From Candidatus Omnitrophota bacterium (GTDB lineage: Bacteria; Omnitrophota; Omnitrophia; Omnitrophales; Aquincolibacteriaceae): DNA of 57,181 nucleotides. This document shows positions 9,360 to 19,907 of this stretch, one piece after another (position 1 is the first letter of the stretch; each line of letters begins with the position of its first letter). The notes beneath the pieces were generated by a model that was given only the letters and a program-made list of their open reading frames with translations, was not told where the DNA came from and did not search any database. The stretch is from positions 1 through 57,181 of the forward strand of contig DAOSLF010000012.1 of the NCBI GenBank assembly GCA_035368605.1, written 5' to 3'. The translations under genes and the position numbers were made by a program.

Positions 9360-9692
9360 ATGAAAAAGATTCTCAGTCTGGTGTTGGTCCTTTCGATGGT
9401 TCTCGCCCCCTCGGCTTTCGCGGCGAGCCCATGGGCTGATGGAAAGACCTATGGCGAAAAAGTCAGCGGCAAACTGGCGTTTGGTCTGACCAACACGCTT
9501 CTCGGTTGGACGAAACTCGTTTCCACTCCGAATGACTACTCCAATGCCGGCAAAAATGTTTGGCAGGGTGTTGGCTAGGGTCTCGTCGATGGTGCGGTTA
9601 CCACGGTTCTTGGTGCCACTCATCTCTTGACCTTCTTTGTCCCTGCGGACATCGAAATTCCCAGCCCGGTTGATCTTTCCGGCGGGAAATAA
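9360..9692 (+). pseudogene. TIGR04073-like paralog 3 interrupted by an in-frame TAG at 9576-9578
   Basis: GGAGG RBS and signal peptide. 'KLAFGLTNTLLGWTKLV...VWQGVG*GLVDGAVTTVLGATHLLTFFVP'. The family motif continues in frame past the TAG to TAA at 9690-9692, and the only terminator lies after that. Confidence 0.7.
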
Positions 9693-9720
9693 GTTAGTCC
9701 GAATAATTGCTTTTCAAAAC

Positions 9721-9747
9721 GCCCCGTCTTCGGACGGGGCGTTTTTA
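9721..9747 (+). terminator. intrinsic terminator
   Basis: Stem gccccgtc / gacggggc, loop ttcg, then a T-run. Confidence 0.85.
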
Positions 9748-9878
9748 TTTCCAGCGTCACTGGATTCGCTTGCCAAGCAAAACTCCCCGCAAGGAGACAC
9801 GGCTCTCTCATCACGGTTTCGATAGAATAACGGCATTTCAGGGAGTGTCTAACTCCTGTCGCTTAAAAGGAACCTGCT

Positions 9879-10085
9879 ATGCAAAAAACAGCGCTTACCG
9901 TGTCCGCAGTGATCTTTCTGATCGTTTCCATGTTCCACATTTTGCGGTTGGTCATGAAAGTTGAGATCATTGTCGGAGGAGTCGAAATCCCTTTTATCGC
10001 GAGTTGGGCGGGAGCCTTTTTTAGCCTGGCTTTGGCTTGCTGGATGTGGGTTGCCGCGGAAAAACAAGCCGGGTCTTCGGGTTGA
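9879..10085 (+). CDS. hypothetical small membrane protein (2 TM)
   Basis: 68 aa with two hydrophobic helices. Weak RBS. No family recognised. Confidence 0.4.
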   Translation: MQKTALTVSAVIFLIVSMFHILRLVMKVEIIVGGVEIPFIASWAGAFFSLALACWMWVAAEKQAGSSG

Positions 10086-10195
10086 TCGACCAGATTCCCC
10101 GGGGTTTCGGGGCGTTAGGCGATTTTTTGTTTTTCTTTTTCTTCAATACATTCCTTTGCCCCGGATAGTGGTGTGTTGCGGAAGGATTTTCCGGA

Positions 10196-10984
10196 TCATT
10201 TCAGATTACGGAAGGGGCTCAGTGTTGAGAGCATTTGTCCGTGAACAAAACCGTTCGTGACGAGATTTTGAGCGCTGGTGAGGGTCAGGGGATCTCCCGA
10301 AAAATCAGTCAGCCGCCCGCCCGCTTCTTCTGCGATCAACATCCCGGCCGCCTTGTCCCACGGATTCAACTTCATTTCGTAGTAACCGTCAAAACGTCCC
10401 GCGGCGACATAACAAAGGTCCAGGGCGGCAGAGCCCGTTCTCCGGATGCATTGTACCTTTGTGAGGAAGGCCCCCAGCATCGCAAGATAATCTCCGGGGT
10501 TCTTTTTCCGGTCGTAAGGAAAGCCCGTGACCACGAGCGCGTCAACCAGCTTCTTTACCCTTGAGACGCCGATCCTCCGCCCGTTCAAGAGCGCGCCTTT
10601 GCCGCGCTCCGCAAAGAAAAGTTCATTTCGCGTCGGATCCAAAACCGCGCCCATTTCAAGGAGGCCGTTTCGCTCAAAGGCGATCGAGATCGACACCAGG
10701 GGAAATCCGTGAGCGAAATTCGTCGTTCCGTCGATTGGGTCGATGATCCAGCAACCGCCCGAGCCCTTGACCTCAGGGGATTCCTCCGCAAGGATCGAAT
10801 GCTCCGGGAACCTCTTCAGGATCACGGAAAGGGCGGCCTTTTCCGAGGCCTTGTCGACCTCGGTGACGAGATTGAATGTGCCTTTTTTGGTGATCCGTTG
10901 TTCTTTACCGAAGGCGGCCCGGACGACCTTGCCCGCCTTACCGATCGCTTCCAATAGGGTGCTTTTAATTTTGGTGCTATTCAT
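10196..10984 (-). CDS. suhB: inositol monophosphatase family protein
   Basis: IMPase motifs 'WIIDPIDGTTNFAHG' and 'WDKAAGMLIAEEAGG'. Confidence 0.92.
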   Translation of the reverse strand: MNSTKIKSTLLEAIGKAGKVVRAAFGKEQRITKKGTFNLVTEVDKASEKAALSVILKRFPEHSILAEESPEVKGSGGCWIIDPIDGTTNFAHGFPLVSISIAFERNGLLEMGAVLDPTRNELFFAERGKGALLNGRRIGVSRVKKLVDALVVTGFPYDRKKNPGDYLAMLGAFLTKVQCIRRTGSAALDLCYVAAGRFDGYYEMKLNPWDKAAGMLIAEEAGGRLTDFSGDPLTLTSAQNLVTNGFVHGQMLSTLSPFRNLK

Positions 10985-11147
10985 ATAGAATACGGGTCCT
11001 TTCAGTGGGTTTTTCAGCAGGAGATTTGTATTTTAGCCGAATGGCTGGGGCGCTGCAACTCATTGAACGGCACAACCTTGATAAGCGAAAGCGGAACTAC
11101 TTTCATCCTGCGGGGCGAAGCGGTTCGGCGGAAATCGGGAGCAACAA

Positions 11148-12230
11148 ATGAAATCTTACCGTGTGACATTGATCCCCGGCGACGGTGTCGGTCCGGAGCT
11201 CGCGGAAGCGGCAAAAGCGTGTCTTGAGGCCACCGGCGTCAAGTTCGACTGGGATATCCAGACGGCAGGCGTCGATATCATGGAAAAGGAAGGAACCCCG
11301 CTTCCTGGCCGCGTCATCGAGTCGATCCGCCGGAACAAGATCGCGATCAAGGCGCCGATCACCACACCTGTTGGCAAGGGGTTCCGTTCCGTGAATGTCG
11401 CGCTTCGCAAGGAACTCGATCTCTACGCGTGTCTCCGTCCATGCAAATCTTACGAGGGCGTCCGTTCGCGCTACAGGAACATCGATCTCGTGATTGTCCG
11501 CGAGAATACCGAAGACCTTTACGCCGGCATCGAATTCCGGAAAGGAACCTCCGAGGCGCTCCGGCTGATCGACAAGATCGAAGCGCTTTCCGGGCGCAAG
11601 ATCCGTCCCGATTCCGGTGTCAGCATCAAGCCGATCTCCGTTTCCGGGACCGAGCGCATCGTGAAGTTCGCATTCGATTATGCCCGTCAGTACAAACGGA
11701 AGAAGGTGACCGCGGTCCATAAGGCAAACATCATGAAATTCTCGGACGGGCTCTTCCTCGAGGTCGCCCGTGAGGTCGCGAAACAATATTCTGATATCGA
11801 GTTCGAGGACCGCATCGTCGACAATATGTGCATGCAGCTTGTGCAGAAACCCGAACTTTACGATGTCCTTGTGCTTCCGAATCTCTACGGCGATATCCTT
11901 TCCGACCTCTGCGCGGGGCTCGTCGGCGGTCTCGGCGTGGCGCCGGGAGCCAATATCGGTACGAACGGCGCGCTCTTCGAGGCGACGCACGGTTCGGCGC
12001 CGAAATACAAAGGTCAGAACAAGCTGAACCCGACCGCCGTGATCCTCTCGGGCGTCCTGATGCTGCGGCATCTCGGTGAGACCGAAGCGGCTGATCGCCT
12101 CGAGAACGCGGTCGCGGCCGTGATCCGCGAAGGCAAAGACGTGACGTATGACATGAAGGCGGACCGGAACGATCCGGCCGCCGTCGGAACTCGCGAGATG
12201 GGCGAAGCGATTATCAGGAAAATGAAATAA
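11148..12230 (+). CDS. icd: isocitrate dehydrogenase (IMDH-like, ~360 aa, NAD-type architecture)
   Basis: '[10 protein letters not shown]', '[16 protein letters not shown]', '[12 protein letters not shown]' and 'NLYGDILSD'. The acnA and gltA neighbours favour IDH over IPMDH or homo-IDH. Confidence 0.85.
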   Translation: MKSYRVTLIPGDGVGPELAEAAKACLEATGVKFDWDIQTAGVDIMEKEGTPLPGRVIESIRRNKIAIKAPITTPVGKGFRSVNVALRKELDLYACLRPCKSYEGVRSRYRNIDLVIVRENTEDLYAGIEFRKGTSEALRLIDKIEALSGRKIRPDSGVSIKPISVSGTERIVKFAFDYARQYKRKKVTAVHKANIMKFSDGLFLEVAREVAKQYSDIEFEDRIVDNMCMQLVQKPELYDVLVLPNLYGDILSDLCAGLVGGLGVAPGANIGTNGALFEATHGSAPKYKGQNKLNPTAVILSGVLMLRHLGETEAADRLENAVAAVIREGKDVTYDMKADRNDPAAVGTREMGEAIIRKMK

Positions 12231-12241
12231 CCGGGAAAGCC

Positions 12242-14923
12242 ATGAGCCTTCTTAACAGTTTCGGAAGCAAAGTCACGCTGAACATCGAAGACAGGGATTA
12301 CACGATTTACCGGGTCCGCGCGCTCCAGGAATGCGGCGTCGCGAAGGTCCTGAAGCTCCCGTACGCGATCCGTATCCTGCTTGAGAACCTGCTTCGAAAC
12401 GAGGACGGCAAGAACGTCACGCGCGGCGATATCGAGAACCTCGCCAATTGGTCACCTTCGAAAAAGAGCGCGAAAGAGATCGCGTTCACGCCGGCCCGCG
12501 TCCTCCTCCAGGATTTCACCGGGGTTCCGGCTGTCGTCGACCTTGCCGCGATGCGCGAGGCGATGGTCAAGATGAACGGTGACCCGAAAAAAATCAATCC
12601 CCTCCAGCCGGTCGATCTTGTGATCGATCACTCGGTCCAGACGGATTTTTTCGGAACGCCGGATTCCTTCCGCAAGAACGGCGAAAAGGAGTTCGAGCGT
12701 AACGTCGAACGCTATCAATTCCTCAAATGGGGGCAGAAGGCTTTTAATAACTTCCGGGTGGTGCCGCCGGCCACGGGGATCATTCACCAGGTGAATCTCG
12801 AGCATCTCTCCCCGCTTGTTTTCCGGCGCAAGGAAGGAGGCAAGACCTATCTTTATCCGGATACGCTGGTCGGTACCGATTCCCATACGACGATGATTAA
12901 CGGCCTCGGCGTTCTCGGCTGGGGCGTCGGCGGGATCGAGGCCGAGGCCGCGATGCTCGGACAGCCTGTTTCGATGCTGATCCCGGAAGTGATCGGCTTC
13001 AAGCTGACGGGGAAAACAAGGGAGGGGGTCACGATCACGGACGTGGTACTGACGGTCACGCAGATGCTTCGCAAAAAAGGCGTGGTCGGCAAGATCGTCG
13101 AATACTTCGGCGACGGCGTCGGGGCTCTTTCGCTTGCGGATCGCGCGGTGATTTCCAATATGGCCCCCGAGTATGGCGCCACGGCGGGGTATTTCCCCGT
13201 CGATGAGGAGACGATCAGATTCCTTCGACTGACGGGAAGAAATCATGAGGCTGTGGACCTCGCGGAGGTCTATTTCAAGGAACAGGGGCTTTTCCGCGAA
13301 AATCCGGCCGAGGCGGTCCAGTATTCGGATATCCTTGAGCTTGACCTCAAGACGGTGGAATCGAGCCTCGCGGGGCCCAGGCGCCCCCAGGACCGGATCG
13401 CGCTGAAAGAAGTCAAGGCGTCATTCGAAAAGGTTTTGCCCGATCTGTTGAAAGGAAAGGGCGTTCTCGACAGGAAGATGTCGATCGAGATCGAAGGCCA
13501 GAAGTGCGAGCTGGAGAACGGCGCGGTCGTGATCGCTTCGATCACAAGCTGTACCAACACCTCCGCCCCGTCCGCGATGTTGACGGCCGGTCTCGTGGCC
13601 GAGAAGGCGATCCTGAAAGGTCTCATGGTCAAGCCGTGGGTGAAGACGAGCCTCGCGCCCGGTTCCCAGGTCGTGACGGATTATCTTCGGGACTCCGGCC
13701 TGCTTTATTATTTCGAGAAGTTGCGGTTTCACCTTACCGGGTACGGATGCATGACCTGTATCGGCAACTCCGGTCCATTGCCGGAACCCGTTTCGTGGGC
13801 GATCAAAGAAGGCGATCTTGTGGCCGCCTCCGTGCTTTCGGGAAATCGTAATTTCGAGGGGCGCGTCCATCCCCAGGTGAAGGCCAACTACCTCGCCTCG
13901 CCGGCACTTGTCGTGGCGTACGCCATTGCGGGGACCGTTCTGATTGATATGGAAAAGGATCCTCTGGGCAAAGACAAGGATGGCAAGCCGGTCTTTCTGA
14001 AGGATATCTGGCCGACCGCGGAGGAACTTCGAGAAGCGATGAACAGCGTGAAACCCGAGATGTACAAGAACCGCTACAAGAACGCGTTTGAAGGGAACGA
14101 GGCCTGGAAGGCCCTGGTTGCGTCCTCGGGAGATACGTTCGAGTGGGACAGAAAGTCCCTTTACGTGAAACACCCGCCCTATTTCCAGAAGATGCCGGCG
14201 CGTCCTTCCGATATCAGGGATATTCGCGACGCGCGCGTGCTGGCCGTCCTTGGCGACTCGATCACGACCGATCACATCTCGCCGGCCGGATCCATCAAGA
14301 CGGACAGTCCGGCCGGGGAATACCTGATCGAGAACGGCGTCGATCCAAAAGATTTCAACTCCTACGGCGCCCGGCGCGGCAACCACGAAGTGATGGTCCG
14401 GGGCACCTTCGCGAATATCCGCCTTAAGAATCTCATGATCCCCGGCGTTGAAGGCGGTATGACGAAATATTTCCCGGAAAGGGGGAGGCCCTCCGACGTG
14501 ACGATCTACGACGCGTCGGTGAAATACCAGGAGCGCAAGGTCCCGCTCGTCGTGATCGCGGGCAAGGAATACGGCTCCGGCTCGTCCCGCGACTGGGCGG
14601 CAAAAGGCCCGGCCCTTCTCGGAGTGAAGGCTGTGATCGCGGAAAGCTTTGAGCGCATCCACCGCAGCAACCTGATCGGGATGGGCATCCTGCCGCTCCA
14701 GTTCATCGAAGGCGAAAGCGCCGCTTCACTGAAACTTTCGGGCGAAGAGGTTTTTGCCATCGAAGGGATTGCCGACCAGCTCAGTGTCGGAAAGATCCTG
14801 AGTTGCACCGCGGACAGGAAAACGTTCAAGGTCATTTGCCGGATCGATACCCCTGTCGAGCTTGAATACTACCGGCACGGCGGCATCCTGCAGTACGTGT
14901 TGCGCCAGCTTCTGAAAGATTGA
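12242..14923 (+). CDS. acnA: aconitate hydratase A
   Basis: 893 aa. '[26 protein letters not shown]', 'SCTNTS', 'CMTCIGNSG' and '[10 protein letters not shown]'. Confidence 0.96.
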   Translation: MSLLNSFGSKVTLNIEDRDYTIYRVRALQECGVAKVLKLPYAIRILLENLLRNEDGKNVTRGDIENLANWSPSKKSAKEIAFTPARVLLQDFTGVPAVVDLAAMREAMVKMNGDPKKINPLQPVDLVIDHSVQTDFFGTPDSFRKNGEKEFERNVERYQFLKWGQKAFNNFRVVPPATGIIHQVNLEHLSPLVFRRKEGGKTYLYPDTLVGTDSHTTMINGLGVLGWGVGGIEAEAAMLGQPVSMLIPEVIGFKLTGKTREGVTITDVVLTVTQMLRKKGVVGKIVEYFGDGVGALSLADRAVISNMAPEYGATAGYFPVDEETIRFLRLTGRNHEAVDLAEVYFKEQGLFRENPAEAVQYSDILELDLKTVESSLAGPRRPQDRIALKEVKASFEKVLPDLLKGKGVLDRKMSIEIEGQKCELENGAVVIASITSCTNTSAPSAMLTAGLVAEKAILKGLMVKPWVKTSLAPGSQVVTDYLRDSGLLYYFEKLRFHLTGYGCMTCIGNSGPLPEPVSWAIKEGDLVAASVLSGNRNFEGRVHPQVKANYLASPALVVAYAIAGTVLIDMEKDPLGKDKDGKPVFLKDIWPTAEELREAMNSVKPEMYKNRYKNAFEGNEAWKALVASSGDTFEWDRKSLYVKHPPYFQKMPARPSDIRDIRDARVLAVLGDSITTDHISPAGSIKTDSPAGEYLIENGVDPKDFNSYGARRGNHEVMVRGTFANIRLKNLMIPGVEGGMTKYFPERGRPSDVTIYDASVKYQERKVPLVVIAGKEYGSGSSRDWAAKGPALLGVKAVIAESFERIHRSNLIGMGILPLQFIEGESAASLKLSGEEVFAIEGIADQLSVGKILSCTADRKTFKVICRIDTPVELEYYRHGGILQYVLRQLLKD

Positions 14924-15117
14924 CCCGTATTCCTTCCGCATCGCGACCCAATGACTTTTTTGTCACAAATCCTGATTTTGAATTCCCATTTCCCTGCCTT
15001 TGAGTATAATGCCCCCTAAACATTAGCCGGAGCCGAGCGCCGAAACACGGGCCGTGCCCCCCGGAGTCGGGTCTTCCGCGCGGAGTCGCGCGGGTATTTT
15101 GAAAGGGATTTCCTGAT

Positions 15118-16275
15118 ATGCCGAATTCAAAAAAGAAAGAACCGTCAAGCGCATCCAAACTGATCAAGGGCCTCGAAGGTGTTGTGGCCGCCCAGACATC
15201 CTTAAGCGATGTCGATGGCGAGAACGGCCGCCTGCTTTTTCGCGGTATTCCGATCGGCGAGCTGGTCGAGAAATCCCACTTTGAGGAAGTCGCCTATCTC
15301 CTTTGGTACGGGAAACTTCCCACGGGCCCCGAGCTCGAGACCTTCAAGGACACGCTGAAGGCGCAGCGAACCCTTTCGAAAGAGGCGATGGCGATCCTGA
15401 AGCTCCTCCCGACGACGACGCATCCGATGAGCGCGCTCCGGACGATGTGTTCGCTGATGGGATCGCTCGATCCCCGGGCCCACATTGTGAATCCCGAAGA
15501 GTCTCAACGGAAGGCTTACCATCTGACGGGTGTGTTTCCGACGATCATCGCGGCTTTTTTCCGTCTTCGCTCCGGGAAGGAACCCGTTGTTCCCGACATG
15601 AACCTTTCACATGCGGCAAACTTCCTTTACATGCTGAACGGCGAAAAACCGACCCCTGAAATGGAGAAGGCCCTCGACGCATATCTGATCCTGCTCGCGG
15701 ACCACGGGCTGAACGCCTCGACCTTTGCGGCGCGTGTGACGACCGGAACGCTTTCCAATCTTTATTCCGCGGTTACCTCCGCGGTCGGGACGCTCTCGGG
15801 CGAACTGCACGGCGCGGCGAACCAATATGCGATGGAGATGGTCCTTGAAATCGGTTCCGCGGACCGCGCGGAGGCATACGTGAACAAACTCCTCGACGAG
15901 AAAAAGAAGGTGATGGGTTTCGGGCATCGTATTTACAAGACCCGCGATCCGAGGGCCGAGGCCTTCCGCGAGATCGCGAAAGATCTATGCGTCAAGGCGG
16001 GCAAGACCTCCTGGCTTGAGATCGCCGGGGTCGTGGAAAAGGTCATGATGGACCGCAAGAAGATCCCCTGCAACGTCGATTTTTTCTCCGCGCCGGTCCT
16101 TTATGTGCTCGGTTTCCCGCCGGATTTCTTCACGACCGTTTTCGCGGCGAGCCGCGTCGCGGGCTGGAGCGCGCACATCATCGAGCAGCAGCTTGATAAC
16201 CGCCTGATCCGTCCGTTGGCCGAGTACGTCGGTCCTCAGGACGCGTATTACATTCCGGCCGAAGACCGCAAGTAG
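15118..16275 (+). CDS. gltA: citrate synthase
   Basis: 'LLADHGLNAST', 'GELHGAANQ' and 'GFGHRIYKTRDPRA'. Confidence 0.93.
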   Translation: MPNSKKKEPSSASKLIKGLEGVVAAQTSLSDVDGENGRLLFRGIPIGELVEKSHFEEVAYLLWYGKLPTGPELETFKDTLKAQRTLSKEAMAILKLLPTTTHPMSALRTMCSLMGSLDPRAHIVNPEESQRKAYHLTGVFPTIIAAFFRLRSGKEPVVPDMNLSHAANFLYMLNGEKPTPEMEKALDAYLILLADHGLNASTFAARVTTGTLSNLYSAVTSAVGTLSGELHGAANQYAMEMVLEIGSADRAEAYVNKLLDEKKKVMGFGHRIYKTRDPRAEAFREIAKDLCVKAGKTSWLEIAGVVEKVMMDRKKIPCNVDFFSAPVLYVLGFPPDFFTTVFAASRVAGWSAHIIEQQLDNRLIRPLAEYVGPQDAYYIPAEDRK

Positions 16276-16335
16276 ATCCAGCCACCGCATGATGTCGGCG
16301 AGGAAAAGGTCCCGCGGTCGGGAAAGGTCCGAGCC

Positions 16336-17694
16336 ATGACGGCGAATCTTGATTATGCGTTTGACGAGTATCTGCGGTCGAAGTCTTCCGAGGCCGTCCG
16401 TGCCATCCAGTTGTTCCGGGAAAAACTGAAAGGCCGGTCCCTGGCCTTCGGTCGCTTCACGGTTCCCGCTTTCTATAAGGCCTTTTTTGTCACCCCCAAA
16501 CAGCAATATCTTCTCAAACGCGCGGCGGTGGCGTTTTACCAGATTATCAATACGACCACACGGCTTTATTTCGAGGAGCCGCAGCTTCGGGCGCGCTTTC
16601 ATCTGAGTCCGGAAGCCGAAGAGCTGGTCCGGATCGATCCCGGTTACGCCAAGAACGTTGTCTTCGGAAGGTTCGACACGCTCCTCGAAGGTGAAAGCCT
16701 GAAGATCCTCGAATTCAGCTGCGATGCGCCCTCGGGATCTTCCTACACCGATCAGATCGAGACATTGTTTCTGTCCGATCCGCTGGCGGCCTCCTTTGCC
16801 GGGGAACACCACCTTGTTGTGAGCCGTCGTATCCAGAGCATCCTGAACGCACTTCTGGCAGTTTACGAAGAGTTTGGCGGTTACGAAACGCCGCAAATCG
16901 CCATTGCGGACTGGCGGCACGCGCGAATGCACGCCGAAAGCGAATTCATGAAATCGCAGTTTGAGGCGCGGGGATACAAGACGGTGATCGCGGATCCTCG
17001 TGACTTTCAATACAAAGGCGGGAAGCTGTACCACAAAGGCTTCCGGGTCCATCTCGTCTACCGGCGGGTCCACTTTGACGAGATGGTCGAACGTCTCGAC
17101 GAACTCCAGGATTTTTTGCGCGCCTACCGCGACAAGGCGGTCTGCGTCGTGAATCCGTTGCGGGCGCGGCTTTCGGCGAGCAAGTCGCTTTTTTCGCTCC
17201 TTACGGATCGAGAGTTCGACCGCTTTTTCACGGACAGCGAGAACAAAATGAAGCAGGATCACTTGCCGTGGACGCGGGGCGTTGCCGACGCTGAGGATTT
17301 TTACGGGCACCGGAAGGTCTTCCTGATCGATTTTCTGCAAGACGAGAAGGAAACCCTCGTGCTGAAACCGCCCTACAGCCACGGACCCGAGCATGTCAGG
17401 ATCGGTCGTGAGACGACGGACAGCGAATGGAATACCGCGGTGGACCGGGCGCTCAAGGAACAGGGATGGGTCATCCAGGAGTACGTGAACGTGCCGGCTA
17501 TCACCGTTCCGGAGGTCGTGAACGGGAAGCTGGATTTCGCCTACAAGAAATACAATTTCAATATGCTGGTGTGCGGCGGGAAATATGCCGGAGGTTTTGT
17601 GCGCCTGAGCGACGAAAGCGTGATTAATGTCGCGACGGGCGGCGGTCTGATGCCGGCCGTGTGGTCTGATGTCGCGCCCGAAACGAACGGGTGA
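16336..17694 (+). CDS. glutathionylspermidine-synthase-like ATP-grasp family protein
   Basis: 'GRFDTLLEGESLKILEFSCDAPSGSSY' resembles the GSP_synth pre-ATP-grasp signature (RFD...K.LE.N.D.P). Confidence 0.65.
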   Translation: MTANLDYAFDEYLRSKSSEAVRAIQLFREKLKGRSLAFGRFTVPAFYKAFFVTPKQQYLLKRAAVAFYQIINTTTRLYFEEPQLRARFHLSPEAEELVRIDPGYAKNVVFGRFDTLLEGESLKILEFSCDAPSGSSYTDQIETLFLSDPLAASFAGEHHLVVSRRIQSILNALLAVYEEFGGYETPQIAIADWRHARMHAESEFMKSQFEARGYKTVIADPRDFQYKGGKLYHKGFRVHLVYRRVHFDEMVERLDELQDFLRAYRDKAVCVVNPLRARLSASKSLFSLLTDREFDRFFTDSENKMKQDHLPWTRGVADAEDFYGHRKVFLIDFLQDEKETLVLKPPYSHGPEHVRIGRETTDSEWNTAVDRALKEQGWVIQEYVNVPAITVPEVVNGKLDFAYKKYNFNMLVCGGKYAGGFVRLSDESVINVATGGGLMPAVWSDVAPETNG

Positions 17695-17776
17695 GGTCCG
17701 CGTGGCACGCTCTATTTTGCAATTTGATTTTTGAAATCATGGGGTGTATGTTACCTTTCCGCGGGAGATAAAACGG

Positions 17777-18214
17777 ATGAAAAAGAAAAAATGCAAAACA
17801 TTCAGGCTGAAGGAAGCGAACGCCCTCCTTCCCGAGATCGAAAAACGTCTGAAGCGTCTCCAAAAGAAAAAGGAAGCCTATGCCCGCGTTCACGACCAGC
17901 TGTTCGTGCACGAACTGGTGTCGGCGGCCGAGCGTTTGAATGGCCTTGCCGAGAACGATGACCTCGAAGCGAGGATCGCCGGGCTCGAACAGGCGATCGA
18001 GGACCTTGCGAAAGATGTCGAGGCCATTTTAGAGATGGGAGCCATCCTTCGGGATCTTGAGAGAGGCAGGATCGATTTTTTGGCGGACCTGGAAGGCAAA
18101 CCCGTTTTCTGGTCCTGGGAACTGGGGGAACCGTCAATCGGATTCTATCACCATACGAACCGCAACCCCCGCGAGAGAATCCCGATCCCCGCGAGAATTC
18201 TCAAGGCCCCGTAA
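17777..18214 (+). CDS. DUF2203 family protein
   Basis: GGGAG RBS. 'FRLKEANALLPEIEKRLKRL...GRIDFLADLEGKPVFWSWELGEPSIGFYH' matches my recollection of the DUF2203 pattern. Confidence 0.7.
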   Translation: MKKKKCKTFRLKEANALLPEIEKRLKRLQKKKEAYARVHDQLFVHELVSAAERLNGLAENDDLEARIAGLEQAIEDLAKDVEAILEMGAILRDLERGRIDFLADLEGKPVFWSWELGEPSIGFYHHTNRNPRERIPIPARILKAP

Positions 18215-18230
18215 CGTTCCGAACCGCTCC

Positions 18231-19295
18231 TCAATCCTCCTGGATGGCGAGATCCGCCTCCTGGGGCGCTTCCTCGGCGGCTTTTTCTTCGGAAATCACA
18301 TCATCGGCTTCGGTCTTTTCCGCCACTTCTGACGCCGGGATTCCTTCTCTCGAAAGGACGGCGGTTGCCGGCATTTCCGCAACGGGGCCGTTCTCTTCCG
18401 TTGTCGTCTCTCCGCCAGGCGAGGAAGTCCCGATTTTTTCCGCCTCGATCGCCATCCGCGTGAATTTCGGATCTATTTCCCTGAGGAAGACCTCGTTCGT
18501 GCCCTTGGGGATGCGCAGCAGGAACTGATACGATGTGGCCGAGTCGAGTGCCTTGACGTTGTTGAGGAAGATGGCGGTATTCTTGCCGGTCTGCGGTGAA
18601 ACGATCGTGACCTTCTTCGGAAAGATAATCGGTCCGAAGCCGCCGTCGGAGGAGATTTCCCTGAAATCATATCGCTGGATCTCCGTCATGGTTTGGCCCT
18701 CAGGATCAAAGAACAGCTCCCCGACAACGTCCCCCGCGGGAGTCAGATAAGCCTTGCGCGAAAGGAACCTCTGCCTGTCGTTTTCGGCAAAAACATTCAG
18801 ACTGACCGAAATCCCGGAGGAATTGTCGACTTCAGTGCGCTTCGGATCGAACATTCCCGGCTTCAGCGCGCGGAAAAGGTCGAGTAGTTTCAGGTGGCTT
18901 TCGACTTCCGGCGAGTCTTCGAGGTCAAAAACAGAACCGTGATAAAGGGTGTTTTGGGATGGGACGTAGAGATCGAACCGGCGGTCCATGGTGCGGAAAA
19001 TGAACACCGGGTTTTTTTCCTGGTCATGGCAGGAAAGCAACATCCGCTCGTCAAGACGCTGATACACAAGTTCGCCGCCGCACATGGCCTGCCGTGTCGT
19101 TCCGGGGGCGACGAAGAAAAGAATCACATCGGCGCGAATGGCGATCCAGCGAAAATTGCGGTTCTCGACCTGCTTCAGGAGAGCTTCAAGGGCTGGCGAC
19201 GGCGTATCTACTGCCCGGGACGGAAAAGGATGAAGGAGGATGACGGAAAAGAAAGAAAGCGGGACGAGAACCAGCCGTGCGAGCCGTCGGACCAT
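18231..19295 (-). CDS. hypothetical secreted protein with an acidic C-terminal tail
   Basis: Signal peptide 'LVLVPLSFFSVILLHPFPSRA'. It lies 9 nt downstream of the CDP-alcohol transferase gene on the same strand. C-terminal 60 aa are E/A/T-rich. Confidence 0.7.
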   Translation of the reverse strand: MVRRLARLVLVPLSFFSVILLHPFPSRAVDTPSPALEALLKQVENRNFRWIAIRADVILFFVAPGTTRQAMCGGELVYQRLDERMLLSCHDQEKNPVFIFRTMDRRFDLYVPSQNTLYHGSVFDLEDSPEVESHLKLLDLFRALKPGMFDPKRTEVDNSSGISVSLNVFAENDRQRFLSRKAYLTPAGDVVGELFFDPEGQTMTEIQRYDFREISSDGGFGPIIFPKKVTIVSPQTGKNTAIFLNNVKALDSATSYQFLLRIPKGTNEVFLREIDPKFTRMAIEAEKIGTSSPGGETTTEENGPVAEMPATAVLSREGIPASEVAEKTEADDVISEEKAAEEAPQEADLAIQED

Positions 19296-19304
19296 CAGCC
19301 GGGA

Positions 19305-19895
19305 CTAGGATCGCCCTCCTTCAAGGGCCTTTTTGGTGTGAAGGATCCTCTGGATCGCGGTCACATGGGTGCCGATGAGCAGGGCCAGGAGCACGAATTT
19401 CAGGACCGGGAAGAAGAGGGTCCCGAACGCGAGGAGCACGATGCGCTCGGCCCGTCCAAAAAAACCGACACCGCAATCCTTGATAAAATTCTCGGCTCTC
19501 GCCTTCGTGTAGCTGACCGCCATGGCGCCCAGCAGGATTCCGAGCGATGTCAGGAACCAGAAGACCTCTCCTTCGCGCGCGAAATAGACTGCAAGACCTC
19601 CAAAGATGAAGAAGTCCGAATAGCGGTCGACCGTGGAATCAAGAAAGGCCCCGAAAGGACTGGCCTTGCCGGTCTTCCTGGCAAGAGGACCGTCCAGCAT
19701 ATCGCCGAGTCCGGCGATTAACAGGACCAGTCCGCCAAAGATCAGGTATCCTTTGGCATAGATGACCCCGGCGAGCAGATTGACCGCGCATCCCGCGAGC
19801 GTCAACTGGTTGGGGGTGATCCCGAGCGTGTTGAGTTGGTCGACGAGCTTGCCGACAAACCCTTCAATCATCGGATAAACGGTTTTTCTGAGCAT
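19305..19895 (-). CDS. CDP-alcohol phosphatidyltransferase (candidate phosphatidylinositol-phosphate synthase)
   Basis: 'DMLDGPLARKTGKASPFGAFLDSTVDRYSD' is the D-G-x2-A-R-x8-G-x3-D-x3-D motif. Multi-TM. Located 12 nt downstream of ino1. Confidence 0.88.
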   Translation of the reverse strand: MLRKTVYPMIEGFVGKLVDQLNTLGITPNQLTLAGCAVNLLAGVIYAKGYLIFGGLVLLIAGLGDMLDGPLARKTGKASPFGAFLDSTVDRYSDFFIFGGLAVYFAREGEVFWFLTSLGILLGAMAVSYTKARAENFIKDCGVGFFGRAERIVLLAFGTLFFPVLKFVLLALLIGTHVTAIQRILHTKKALEGGRS

Positions 19896-19907
19896 GGAGA
19901 GGTCCTC

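Noticed and set aside
14990-15117. TATAAT box at about 15006 and a hairpin ccgcgcg-gagt-cgcgcgg in the acnA-gltA spacer, as a possible regulatory leader.
   Set aside because: There is no acceptable -35 at the proper spacing, and only a weak U-tract follows the hairpin. It is plausible but unsupported.
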